A DNA stretch of 64,000 nt from Eledone cirrhosa (lineage: Eukaryota). The DNA lies in contig OZ024757.1 in the NCBI GenBank assembly GCA_964016885.1, positions 27,900,001 through 27,964,000 on the forward strand. The letters are read 5' to 3'. The notes beneath the pieces are model-generated. The model was not told where the DNA came from. It ran no database searches and worked only from the letters and a program-made list of their open reading frames with translations. Position numbers and translations under genes: made by a program. Positions 1 to 13,940 of this stretch are shown in pieces (the stretch's first letter is position 1; every line of letters starts with the position of its first letter).

Positions 1-21
1 TAAGGCTTCTAATTCAAAAAC

Positions 22-448
22 ACATGTCGCTCTCATGGACATATTAAGAAGGAGCCTGAAAGCAGCTGGCTTCCCATCACAACTGGAGCCAGCAGGCCGG
101 CTCGATCGCAGAGATTACAAGTACCCTGACAGAATTGCCCTCTTCCCATTCAAAGGAGGTAAATACCTCATCTGGGATGCCACACACATGGTGTGACACG
201 TTCTTTGCCTCCAACTTTGTTGCTTTGGCCACAAACCCTTGAGGAATGAAAGAGGAACAAATACCGGGGCTTGTCTGGCCACTTCCTCTTTGCACCAGCT
301 GCTGTCGAGACCTCAGGCATCATCTGACCCCATACTGCTGAGCTCCTCCGCAAATTCAGAGGAAGGAGCTTTGACAGGTGGGGTGCTGTTGCAGTGGGTG
401 TTGCTGGCCATTGTCTACAGAAATACCTTTGCAGTTTTGTCCACATGA
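22..448 (+). mobile_element. Degenerate 3' end of a CRE-clade-like non-LTR retrotransposon (restriction-like endonuclease domain)
   Basis: Translation across stops and frameshifts gives HVALMDILRRSLKAAGFPSQLEPAG..YPDRIALFPFKGGKYLIWDAT..DTF..KRNKY..FLFAPAAVETSG..LAIVYRNTFAVLST. This matches the RH..L..G.P..LEP..(R)PD...WD.T..K..KY..P.AVET.G pattern of CRE RLE domains. Confidence 0.75.
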
Positions 449-1551
449 CGTAACCTAAACACCATCCCACCCTAGACTCAAAACCGATCACCCTCTCCCC
501 TTCCTCCTCCTTTTCTTCTGTAGCCCAAGAGTTCTGCTTTTTCCCTCTTTTTCCTCTCATGGCATTTATAGTCCTTTTCTCTACTTTCCCATACAGCCAA
601 ATCTGCCCTTCCTTACCTCTTCCCTTTTTTTCTCATTACTTAATTTTGTTTTTATCTTTCTTTTTCATACTTATGTAATTATAAATGGTTTTTAAGCCAA
701 TTTTGTAAGTGAAACACGTGTTGAAGAAAAAAAAATTGTATCTACCTTAAAACCATTATTATTATTATTAGATTTTATTTTGTAAACTTTCAGATAATAT
801 TTCTAGCTTAAATAATTAGAAAACTTGTCAAATAATGATATGTCTAGTGTAAATATTTAGAAAACTTGACAAATAATATTTTTAGATAATATTGATATTT
901 CTAGATAATATTTCTAGCATAAATGAATTAGAAAACTAGCTAAATTTATAACAGAGCTACTGTCTTGCCATTTTCTTTCGATGTTGTTGACACTGTAAAT
1001 GTATGATTGATGTAGTAGTGTCTGTCTCTTTATCTCTCTGACTGTCGCAGTCGGATTATTAAATCAAACAAGTTCAATCTTCTGCATTGATACTCACCGC
1101 ACCCTGCTTTTAATTTCAGGTGGTGATCCCACAGAGTGTTGTATGTCTTCACTATTTTTTTGCACTCTTTCAAATCTCATTCTTTAAAATTTACGTATCA
1201 TATTTATTATTATTATTATTATATTATTATTATATTATTATTACTATTATTATTATTACTATTATCTATTATCAATGTTTTTTATTTCATTTTTGTAGAT
1301 ATATATATATATATATATATCCATATTTTCGTCTTCTAATGGTGATTTTTTTTTTGTTGCGCATTTTAGTTCCTCCTGCTTATTTCGTTTCATTTTATTG
1401 TTTTGGTGCATTTATTTCATTTTAATATGGCCGATGGTTGTCTTTCAGTGGAAGATAAGTTCTTTTTATTTTCATTTGCAGTCTTTGGTATCTTGTGTTA
1501 ACTTTTACTGTCAATATGAAGCTATTGCTAAGAGTTATGTTACAAATACTT

Positions 1552-1679
<128 letters not shown>

Positions 1680-1892
1680 GCGTATGTGTGTGTCTGTGTG
1701 TATAAAATAATTATTATTAATGCCGACTGTTAGCTTCAAAGTTTCATTAATACTACTAGCTTTTCAGTAGTATTGGCAAAAATTCGAAGTAGACAGTTGC
1801 TAGTAATGATAATATCATTTTAACTCTACAAACTGTATTGAGTCCTTCATTGCATGTTTAGTGTATTTAAAGTATACATACTTCTAAAAAGC

Positions 1893-2011
1893 ATATATAT
1901 ATATATATATGTATATATATATGTATATGTATACATATATATATGTATATATATACATGTATGTATATGTATATGTATATATATATATATATGTATATAT
2001 ATACATGTATG

Positions 2012-2047
<36 letters not shown>

Positions 2048-2140
2048 CATATATATATATATATACATATATACATATATATATGTATATATATATATAT
2101 ATGTATATATATACATGTATGTATATGTATATATATATAA

Positions 2141-2171
<31 letters not shown>

Positions 2172-2185
2172 TATAGATATATATG
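1893..2185. repeat. TA/TATG compound microsatellite (one of many, e.g. 2840-3050, 55390-55560, 58720-59800, 60180-60350)
   Basis: Direct inspection. Source of the spurious YIYI ORFs. Confidence 0.95.
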
Positions 2186-2489
2186 CATGCAGAAGCCAGC
2201 AAAACAGTACTCAATATTTGTGGTAGAGTTTCATTAAATTGTCAAAAATGACAAAGATATTGGAATTTGACTGGTGCTTGAGCAATTGCATGCAGTGAAC
2301 GACATCAGCCTTTTCCAATGTATATATATATATATGTGTGCATGTATGTATATTATTTTCATAAATAACAGCATATTGAGGAGGAAAACATTTTTTGTCA
2401 TATTGTGGTTTTCTTCTTTTTGGTTTCATTTTGTTTTTCCTTTCTCAAAGCTGTTTGAATGTATTGACTGATACTCAATGGTGCCTGAG

Positions 2490-2720
2490 AAGGCACACAG
2501 CCTAGCAGTTAAGGTGTTGGGTTCGCAGTTGTAAGGTCATGGGTTCAATTTCCAGACCAGGCAGGACTTTGTTTCCGTGAGCAAGACACTTCATTTCACT
2601 TGGCTTCAGTCTGCTCAAATGAGTGAGTACCTGCAGCATCACCTGGGAGTTAACTCTGTGATCAATTGGCATCCTGCCCAGGGAAGAGTCCTGTGCTCTT
2701 TATCACTTAATGCCAATGAA
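2490..2720 (+). mobile_element. tRNA-derived SINE with CORE-like segment (other copies ~23667-23900, 24858-25020, 34195-34330, 41330-41450, 42468-42580)
   Basis: A-box-like 'ggcacacagcctagcagttaagg', B-box 'gggttcaattt', then 'gtgagcaagacacttcatttcac', shared among copies. Confidence 0.7.
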
Positions 2721-2841
2721 ATTGGGTTACGGTTAAGCCTGATGAACCACCACTGGTCTTGACTTGGGAGAGACTTGAAATATTTTATTTGGTATCTCTG
2801 CAATACAGGCACTAACTATATTATGTTTGAAGCCAGTAATA

Positions 2842-2893
<52 letters not shown>

Positions 2894-4275
2894 CACACAT
2901 ACATATGTTTATAAATATTTATGTACATATATGCATATATATGTGTGTGTATATGTATATATATATATGTATATATACATATTGTTACTGGAATTGATGT
3001 ATGTATATAAATATATTTAAATATATATACATGCACATGTAAATATACATACATGAAATAATTAAATAGATATCTGTATCACTGTTTTCAGCAATTAAGT
3101 TAGCTTATCAGGGATGTCAAAATCAACACCATGAAGGTATGATCATTATTCCTTAACCTGTATTATTATTATTGTTATTTTTTCTTCATTTAATGCTGAT
3201 ATTTCTGGAATTTTCCAAGCAGTTAAATAGATAAAATATATTGTCTTCTTCTTCAAAAGTTGTGAATGCTTCCTGTTAGCAAGTTTTTCTGCAGTTCATT
3301 TCATTCTTTCCTTAAGATTATATGTTGTCAGTTTTGTGATGTTTCCTGGAATTATGACGGAGTTCTATTATTATTGTTATAAAGGAGCATAGTTATGTCC
3401 CTTTATGATCTGAGTTCAAATCCCGCCGAGGTTGACTTTGCCTTTCATCCTTACGGGGTCGATAAAATAAAGTACCAGTAATTGCTGGCCTTGTGCCTAA
3501 AGTAGAAACAATTATTATTGTTATTATTATTATTATTCATATTCATAGTGATGATCTTATAAACACTAAATCATTATTATCATTATTATCATTATTATTA
3601 TTATTAAGAAAGAATTATTATTACTATTATTCATTTAACTTGGAGTTTTAATCATCAGTTTGCATATAGAGATGAACTTTCAGATAAAAGAGAGCTTATA
3701 TTTTATTTAAACAGTTTGTTAAAGGTTGTCTGTTGTCTGTTTTAAGCCATTGAGGTAAAAAAAAAAAACCTTTCTCTTTCCCCGTATTGAATCACTTCAA
3801 TATTAATTCTTAACATCCTGTAATTATTCAGCAGAAAATATCTAAAAATGGGTTTTTTCTTATTTATAGTATCTTTACTAGAGGATAGATTATTGTGAAA
3901 CATTGCAGTATTTGAGTAAAGTCTTTCATTTTTAATGTAATGAAGTCACATGTAGTACAGGACATATAGAGTTCAACTGTAAATGGAATGTTAAATGAAT
4001 ATTTAATATATTATTTTTGTTTTCATTGATCTTTCAAAATTCTTGTTGGAGACAGACTTTGTTTCTCATCCTTCTGAGACAGATGAAATTAAAGTACTAA
4101 TTATGAACTGGGGTCAGTATGATTGACTGTTCCCCTCATCTAAATGATGTGCTGTGGTCTTGCACCTATATTAGAAACAATATTAAAATTTGGTACATAA
4201 ACAAGAGAAGAAAACATTTAAATGTGGAAAATTTCAGTTCTATAAAATCCTGTGACACTTCTAAGAATCCTTAGG

Positions 4276-4308
<33 letters not shown>

Positions 4309-4843
4309 CGCAGTTAATTATTTGGTAAAATTTGATGAAATTAATGTTTTTTTTTTGTTTGGAGAAAATATATTCAGTCAATATTATTTTTTAGTCATCT
4401 TTGCTGTTTAACATCCAGTGTTGATAAAATAATGTACCAGTCTGTCAAATACCGGTTGATTTAGTCAACTACCCACCCACCCAAATCAAATTTCTGGCCT
4501 TATATCTATGCTAAAAACAATAATAAACAATAATTTTTTTAACACTGATTTATCCATAACATTTGAAATTCTAAAAACTAATATTTATTTATGTCATACT
4601 ATCATACTATCATAATACCTATAATTTCCATAACTATTAATTACTGTTTACTAATTTTAACTCACTAATTATTATATAATGTTTTTCTAAATGTTTTAAA
4701 TGCTTATCTTTAATTTGTATAAATTCATTTGTTGTTATTGTTGTTGATATTGTAAGATAAAAGTTATATTGGAGGTGACAAAAGTTTATTAAAATTTGTT
4801 GTTATATTGACAATATTATATATATAGATATATATACACACAT

Positions 4844-4950
4844 ACACAGGTGTCCCACCAAAATGTATACTCACTTTGATTACCTGTACAGGCAATATTT
4901 ATTAGAATGCTGTTGAAGTGTGTATACATTTTTTGGGGACTCACTGTGTA
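4844..4950. mobile_element. Tc1/mariner-like MITE
   Basis: Imperfect terminal inverted repeats (tacacaggtgtcccaccaaaatgtatac / gtatacattttttggggactcactgtgta) with TA ends. Confidence 0.55.
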
Positions 4951-5588
4951 TGTATATATATATATATTATAGAGGTGTATATGAAGGCATGCATGCTATG
5001 GTTATGTATAATAAAGAATATATGTCTTGCTATGGGTCTTTTAAACTGTGATCATGATACAGGTACCTTAGTAGCTGTGTGAGAATACCAGGCACTAGTG
5101 TTTCGGGATTTTTCATCCATCATCAATGATGTTTGCTCACTTGATATGGAGACAAGAATAAGCTATAGCTTATATACTTTTAGCATAGAAAACATGCCTT
5201 CACATACACCTCATAGTGGTGATTCCTAAGAATCATTCTATGTTAGTGTTACAGTTTATATATATATATATATAGTAAACCCTCGATTTAACAGACTAAT
5301 TAAGCATAAGGTGTGTCTGCCAATGCTGAAAGCTCACTGAATCAAAGGTAACCAACCTAGGTGTCATTTTTATTACTTTTTATATAAAAGGTGTTTTAAA
5401 AGAACTCTAAGACAATATACATAAGATCCCAGTTTAAAACTATTCAAATATATCAAGGAAGCATTTTTACTTCTCTTTCGACAGTAGTTGAAGAATGTTG
5501 ACCATACTGGTATTGTATTCTTATCATGTGGTTTGTTAAATCGGAGCTAGTTAAGCTGAAGGTTTACTGTATGTATATATGTGTATGC

Positions 5589-5670
<82 letters not shown>

Positions 5671-7306
5671 TGTTTTTTTTTTTGTTATATTTATCATTTA
5701 TGTATTTCAGTATTTTATTTAATCCATTTTCAACATTAAATATATTTAAGTTTCTCCATTTTTCTTTATTATTATCATCATCATCATCTTCATTATTTTT
5801 TAAAATCTTTTTTAGCTACTTTCGGGATTTAACAACAAATATAATTAATTACTTGATCTCAATATTCTTTTACAGTGAAATTCCTTTATAACGAAATTCA
5901 CAGGGTATAAAAAAAAAATTTGTAATGAAAAATTCTTTATAACGAGATCAACCGAAACAAATCAAGTGTTTGTTTGTTATTACCTCGGCAATTGAAAAAA
6001 TGTTGTTATACTGAAAAGTTTGTTATAATGGTATATTCGTTATAACGGAATTTTACCTTTATTTTCATTTTATTTTATTTTATTTTATTTTATTTTACTT
6101 TGTTTTGTTTTGAAGATTTGTAAATAACTTAAACCATTTTGATTGTTATTTCCAAATGTCATGGTTGTTAACAAGAAAACATAGCTGAACTAGCTCACAC
6201 ACAAGTAAAAAAAATATAAATAGTTGTTGTTTAGCCCTAGTTTTAGCCATGATTTAGCAAAAATATTTTATTCATGGTTCCATAACTCCAGGAAAAGGGG
6301 AAATAATTTCAAGAAATTAAGAATTAATTTCACAGAAAATGTAAATTTTCATGTTTATTGATTGCTTAGGTCTTCTAGTTTGGTCAAACGTTTTCATGTG
6401 GGAAGTTTCTTAAAAAATACAATAAATATTTGTTTAACTTAACTAAAATTTACTAGAATGTATGGCTAACATCTGACCTCTCTGGGAATTAAAATAGTGA
6501 AGGTGAAAGATTTTGGAGTACAGTGTTTTGCTTCAGTAGCTGGGTAATCAGTGAAATCTTGAAGAAGGATTTGAGGATTCTGCCACCACGACACTCTCAG
6601 GAATAAATGGGTGAAGAAGTAGAAGAAAAAGGGTCATCGTTGTAGACATGAGTTCATTCCCTTCACTGCAGATAATTTATTGTGGAGCAAAATACTAAGT
6701 TCTTCTTGTTTACAACTGTTTTAAGAAATTATTTTTGTTTTTCTTTCTGTAGATGTTTAGATGAGAATACTTTAAAAATATATTTTTTTAATGGTTTGAT
6801 TATTTTTTTGTTTTCCGTCATTGTTTTAATTAACCTTTTTAATACCAATCCATCTGAAGCTGCCTTTATTTCAATGATACAAAACCTTTGTTGCTTAAAA
6901 TGTTCATATTTGAATTGAAACATTTCAATATAATTTTATGAGAGAACCTTTTCTTCTTGCATAAGATTAATGACTAAATCCATTATTTTTCTAAATCTCA
7001 CCAAATTCTTAGCTATTTTCAAATTTATTAAAAGTCATTGACCTAAGCCAGATGAAACCCTTTCTAGGAGGGAAAACAGATGTTAAATGATGATGATGTG
7101 TATCTTATTAAAATTATGATGATAAAAGGATTAACAAAAATATTAAAAACATATTCTGGTTTTTAAATAAAAAAATAAGTAAAAAAGTGAAACCTGAATT
7201 GAATTTTCATTGATTTTTATTTTAATTATGAAATATTTTCGCTGGATATTCAGTTTTCAAAATTATAATTTGTGTATTTTTTTTTCTCTCTTTCTTGATA
7301 TTTCAG

Positions 7307-7416
7307 ATGATGTTATGGCTGTGATGAAGTTAGACAATCAACATGTTGGACAGACACCTTGGAAACCATGTAGTCAACAATGTTGGGACTATAGAACAAG
7401 TATCAACTTAGATAGG
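7307..7416 (+). CDS. PKN2: PKN exon (C2-like: DVMAVMKLDNQHVGQTPWKPCSQQCWDYRTSINLDR)
   Basis: tttcag| acceptor, |gtgag donor, PKN C2-like similarity. Confidence 0.92.
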
Positions 7417-8491
7417 GTGAGCTTTCATTCTTAACATCCTGTATTTATTTAGTAGAAAATATCTAAAACAGGTTTATTAATTTAAATGTTTATAGTAACT
7501 GTTCTGTTCAAACTGGCCGTAACTGTCCTTTCATATTGATATTAAGGTGTTGTTCTCAAAATATATAACATCAAAATTTTGTAGATTCAATATAATGTGA
7601 AATAATTATGTAAGATAAAGCCTTTGCTACAAAAATACAATAATATATAGGGAATAATGTAAATGCTAAAGGGTTAAATAAATCATTGTGAACATTTGCA
7701 GTGGAGACTTCAAAAACACAGTGTTGTTTTATCCTTTTCAAGAATGTCTTGTCAGTATTGTTTCATGCTGTACAGGGCAGAGGACATTATGAGTTAATTG
7801 TGATTCCATCAAATTCAAATAGTTACAAGTAGAAAACTATTGAAATAATTAGAATCTTTTAATATTTGTTTGAAAATAGTGTTTTGGCTATCATCATCAT
7901 CCAGTTTTTGATTATGCAGGACACAATTAATCCCTAAATAGTGGTGGATTCTGTCTGACAGCACTCCTTAGCACCTCATTCCATGTGTTTCTGTCTGCTG
8001 GTCTCATAGATACAATTTCTTTTTTTCTTTCTATTTTACTGTATGTAAAAGTTTTACATGAATTAAAGAGGCATCTGTGTCAAGTATGGTCTTTTGGATG
8101 TGTAGTGTTATTATCAAATCCCATTGAGTTCAACTTTGCATTTCATCCCTCCAGAGTGGATAAAATAAGGGACCAATCAAGCATTGGTGTTGATATTATT
8201 GATTATTGCCCCCTCTTTGAATTCCTGGCCTTGTGTCTATATTAGAAACAAGGGTGGTAGGCTTGATAGAATTGTTAGAGTGTAAGAAAAAAAAAAATGC
8301 GTTGCAGCGGTTTTTTTTCCAGCCCTCTATGTTCTGAGTTCAAATCTCACTAAAGTCGATTTTACTTTTTATTCTCCTGGGGTTGATAAAATAAAATATC
8401 AGTTGATATAATTGACTTTCCTCCTCCCCTTAATCTGCTGGCCTTGTGCTATTATTATTATTGTTGTTTTTATTTTATTTTATTTCTTCAG

Positions 8492-8635
8492 TCTCGAGAA
8501 CTAGAGATTGCTATTCACTGGCGAGATTGGCGACAGATGTGTGCTATAAAATTTTTAAGACTTGAAGATTTCCTTGATAATCAAAGACACGGCATGGCAA
8601 TACATTTAGAACCCCAAGGAATTTTATTTGCTGAA
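8492..8635 (+). CDS. PKN2: PKN exon ([48 protein letters not shown])
   Basis: ttcag|, |gtaag, highly conserved PKN sequence. Confidence 0.95.
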
Positions 8636-8875
8636 GTAAGAATGTATTTTTATTCATCATTTCCTCCCTTCCCAAATAAACTTTTATCTATTTAATTTGT
8701 ATCTTTTATTAAATTATCTTACCCCTTTTGTTACCATATTTCCATTGAAAGCCGTTCATTCCCTTAAAAATATAAGGGCCTTTGTGTCTCATTCCAACCC
8801 ACCATCCCTCACTTCCAAAAATATGAGGACAAATAATACTTTAAGTATATATATATATATATATTTCTATTTCAG

Positions 8876-8951
8876 ATAACGTTTTTGAACCCAACAATTC
8901 CCAGAAGACCCAAATTGCAAAGACAGCGTCGTATTTTCCCTAAACATAAAG
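8876..8951 (+). CDS. PKN2: PKN exon (ITFLNPTIPRRPKLQRQRRIFPKHK)
   Basis: ttcag|, |gtaat, PKN autoinhibitory-region motif. Confidence 0.92.
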
Positions 8952-9052
8952 GTAATAATTGTTTTGAATATTGAATTTATTAAAGCAATGCATTGAAGGT
9001 GGTGAATTGGCAGGGTTATTAGAATGTCAGAGAGAATGCTTTGTGGTATTCC

Positions 9053-9327
9053 CAGGGCCAGCACTACCACATAGGCAAACTAGGCAGCTGCCTAGGGTGC
9101 TGATTTCAGGGAGTGAAATAACAATTTTGAAAAGTGAATAAATATATAAATTTCAGTTTCATTGTGGGTCATTTTTTATCCTGGTTTATTTCATACAGGG
9201 ACAAATAAATGTTGAAAACTTTTTTTTTTAATTTATAGTTTATAAATTTTGAAACTGATATTTTCGTTGGGGAGGGGTGCAGAATCTAACATTGCCTAGG
9301 GTGCCAGATAGCCTGGCACCAGCCCTG
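9053..9327. mobile_element. hAT-like MITE with 8-bp TSD
   Basis: TIR cagggc...gccctg. TSD ggtattcc at 9045-9052 and 9328-9335. Confidence 0.8.
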
Positions 9328-9572
9328 GGTATTCCTATCGGCTCTCTGCACTCCACTTTCTACCCTTGCATAGGTTAGATGGGTTGTCACATTATGAAAC
9401 AAGTCAGATCAGGTGACCATGTCTTGTTCATACGGATCTATATTTTGGCTTGGTTTCTACAGCTGGATGCTCTTTCTAATGCCAACCATGATACAACCAT
9501 GATACATAAACAAAAATAAAATGGTCTCTCTATTTATATCTGGTTTTCACTTAATTCTCTCTTTAATTGTAG

Positions 9573-9707
9573 GAAAAACTTTCTTGCGGCCTGGTCAAAT
9601 GAATATCAATGTAGCAACATGGGGACGACTTATGAAACGTGCATTTCCATCTTTACCTCCAAACTGTAGCGAACCTGGTGTCTACAGCCCACCAATTACT
9701 AAACCAG
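9573..9707 (+). CDS. PKN2: PKN exon (GKTFLRPGQMNINVATWGRLMKRAFP...)
   Basis: tgtag|, |gtaag, MNINVATWGRL motif conserved in PKN. Confidence 0.93.
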
Positions 9708-10035
9708 GTAAGTTCCTTTGTAACTTTATTAAATTTTGGTGAAGCTGACCCTACAGTCCACTGACTACTAAACCAAGTTGAGTTTTTGTTTTGTAACTTT
9801 ATCAAATCTTGGTTACTTTGAATTGTGGTTAAGCTGTTCTCTACAGCCCAACAACTTTAAAACCAAGTTCTCTTGTAACTTTATCAAATCTTGGTCCCTT
9901 TGTTGTCATTTTCTCATGGCACCGGCAGTATCACGTTACAGAGTGGGCTGGGTGTATTTTATTATAGCACCAGTACTACAGTTATTGTAAAAAAATTAAA
10001 ATTTTGATTTAAAAAATAAAAAAATATTGTTGCAG

Positions 10036-10184
10036 GCGGCATACTTGCTCAAGATCGTGGTCCACCAATTCATCAGCTGGAATTTTCACCATTGCCATCT
10101 CAAACGAAAGAACCAGAAGCAACTGTTGTTCCCACAGAGGGCCCTACCCCACAGAGACCAGTTTCACAGTTGAAGGAGATTGAG
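10036..10184 (+). CDS. PKN2: PKN linker exon (GGILAQDRGPPIHQLEFSPLPSQ...KEIE)
   Basis: tgcag|, |gtcagt, phase-compatible with neighbours. Confidence 0.85.
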
Positions 10185-10819
10185 GTCAGTTTTTTCAAAT
10201 TTTGTTTTCTGTTGTTTTTTTTTTACAGTGTTCAACCAATGTATCCTATACTGAATCTAGTACTTTCTCAATCCATATCGAAAGTACATAACACAATACA
10301 AGTGTTTTAAGGTCTTGCAAGCCCCATGACCAATTTCATATTGATCATAAGGGCCTGTCTGAGACAATGTTTTACAGCCAGATGCCCTTCCTGGTGCCAA
10401 CCCTTTTAGTTACATTTTATGATGTGCAAGGATATGGTGTACCTATTCTAAACTGGATACACACAGCATTTTAAATGTAACAAATTCAGTTGTCCAGATT
10501 GTTTACATGTTTTGTCTGTTAGTAGTCTGCATTAATAATCTTCATTGTGTGTGTAAAATATTTGATTCAATACTGAAATGGGAAAATATCTGAGGAGAAA
10601 AACCAACCACTTTACAGCATGTACTGGGTGCTATTATTGTGTAGATCACCAGCATTAGGGAGGCTGCCATGACCTTGACACAACTAAAGGGTCCTTCCAA
10701 CCCTTTATTTGGCAGACTTTCTATGGCTGGATGCCCTTCCTATCATTGTATCTCTGTATCTGTCTCTCACAATATTGTACAGCATAGATTGATTTAACAA
10801 AGGATTCTTATATTTTCAG

Positions 10820-10989
10820 GCTGTGTTATCTAATTTCGACTTCCTTCCTGAGGATCTAATTGCTGAAAATAGCAACTCCATTATTGATTTGGAAGATCCA
10901 GATGTCCCGACCCCAAACAGAAAAACTCCACCTTTCTTAGATAGTCCAGTGAAAGAAAAGACTCCACTTTCTTCACCAACATCACCAGA
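10820..10989 (+). CDS. PKN2: PKN linker exon (AVLSNFDFLPEDL...SSPTSP)
   Basis: ttcag|, |gtatgt, FDFL motif, phase-compatible. Confidence 0.85.
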
Positions 10990-11761
10990 GTATGTATTTT
11001 TTAATTAACCCATTCATCATCATCATCATTTAACATCCACTTTCCCAGCCAGCAAGGGTTGGATGGGTCTACATAGACCAAGTCAGTACTTAAGTGGAGC
11101 TACTGACCTCCCAGACAGGCTGAGGGGTCTGTATCCTGCTTATATATGGTTATATCAAATGCAGAGAAGTAGTCATGTCTTTTGACACAGACTGAAGGGT
11201 CCTCTTAACCCCTTGTTTGACAAAATTTCTATGACTAGATGCCCTTCCTAACACAAACCACTTTACAGCATGTACTAGGTGCTTCTATTGTGTAGATCAC
11301 CAGCACTAGGGAGGCCGTCATGACCTCGACACAACTAAAGGGTCCTTCCAACCCTTTGTTTGGCAGGCTTTCTACGGCTGGATGCCCTTCCTATCATCAA
11401 CCACTTTACAGCGTGTACAGGGTGTGTTTATCATGTAGATCACCAACACAAGAGAGGTTGTGTCATTGACACAACTTTGACACATTCTTGTAAATAAATA
11501 TGTCCACATTATTTATAGAAAAATATTTAAGCCTTTTGGTCTCTTACCCTTCCTATCATCAACCACTTTACAGCATGTACTGGGTACATTTATCATGTAG
11601 ATTACCAACACTAAGGAGGCTGCCATGTCATTGACACGGCTGAAGAGTCCTCCCTGCCCTTTGCTTAAGAACAGAATGTTTTTATTGTTTATTTTTCATT
11701 TATAATTGATTTTTCTATTGATTTAATTCAATGTTTCGCTTTCTTTTTCTCTTCTTTTTAG

Positions 11762-11834
11762 TTACAGCAATCAAGAAGTTAAAATGTCACAATTTAGGCC
11801 AATAAGTGTACTTGGAAGAGGGCACTTTGGTAAA
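11762..11834 (+). CDS. PKN2: PKN kinase exon, Gly loop (…FRPISVLGRGHFGK)
   Basis: tttag|, |gtaagt. Confidence 0.93.
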
Positions 11835-12024
11835 GTAAGTATTACTTGCTATTATCATCATCATTATTGTTTCCCCTTAAAGAAATATGGCTGAGGTCAT
11901 GCTGGGGCACCTTTTCTTTCTTCATTTTTATTATTTCTGTTCCTCTTCCATGAAAACAGATATTTTTGCCTCATTAGATTTTAATTAATTCAACAACCAT
12001 TATATTGTTAATCTGCATTTGTAG

Positions 12025-12288
<264 letters not shown>

Positions 12289-12909
12289 TGATATTATGTG
12301 AAATAATTATGAGATGAAGCATTCACCACAAAAATACAATAGTAAATATAGAGTAGTGTAAATGCTAAAGAGTTATGTTATTTTCAAACACCAGATTAAT
12401 TATTAGAAAGTTAGTTATGCTACCAAATCTTTGCAAATTCTTAGTTATCTTCAAAATTATTTGAATCTAACAGGCAACATCTATCATTAGAAGTCTGGTA
12501 ATGAAATAGTTTACGGAATCAAATTATTTATTTTAAACTTCAAGTCGTCCATAGGCAGTTTATTTGAATTCAACTATAGTTTTTACATATCACCATGAAA
12601 TACTATTTTTTTTAAATATAAAATAACCAACTATACTATTACAATGAATTTATAAAATGCATTATAGTAATCTAGTAATAATAATAAATATGAAACTAAA
12701 ATCTAATTCTTTGCTTAAACTTTAATCTGTTATTTTAATAAATAAATATATATATATATATATATGTATGGAACTAAAGTGAGAAAACTTTTAAATAAAA
12801 AAAAATGCACCAGCTTGATAATGAGAAAGTTAGTTATATTACTAAATCTCTCCAAATTTTTGATTATTTTCAAAGTGATTTGAAAATTATAGATAGTGTC
12901 TTTCATTAA

Positions 12910-13116
<207 letters not shown>

Positions 13117-13553
13117 TAAATCAAAAGATCCCATTTACTTGCCTTTTTTTTTCCTCTTCTTATTTTTTAAAACTGTATTTGAAATTTAATTTTTCTGATG
13201 TATGTATTATCTAGTAATGTACATATGTATAATATAGCAATGTATATATATGTATGTGTGTGTGCATAAATATATATATATAACGAAGGAGTTGTGGTAA
13301 GGAACCAGATGGACCATAATGCACCAGAGTACTCAATACTTAGGGTAGTAGAGTGGGTAATAGGAAAAAGTATGACCCCGACGGCAGAGCTCAAGCCGTT
13401 TCGACGGCTATTTCTGAACTCAGTCGGGGTCATACTTTTTCCTATATATATATATATATCCTGATGTCGCCAGGATCTTACATAACCAGGCCATTGAAAT
13501 AAAACTTTAAAGGAACATCACCAATCCGGTCTCCTGTTATTTTAATCAAATTA

Positions 13554-13595
<42 letters not shown>

Positions 13596-13658
13596 ACATA
13601 CTCAGTAGAGCACAAAATCTCATGCAGATAATAGCCTGGGAAATTATAATGTTAATAG

Positions 13659-13940
<282 letters not shown>

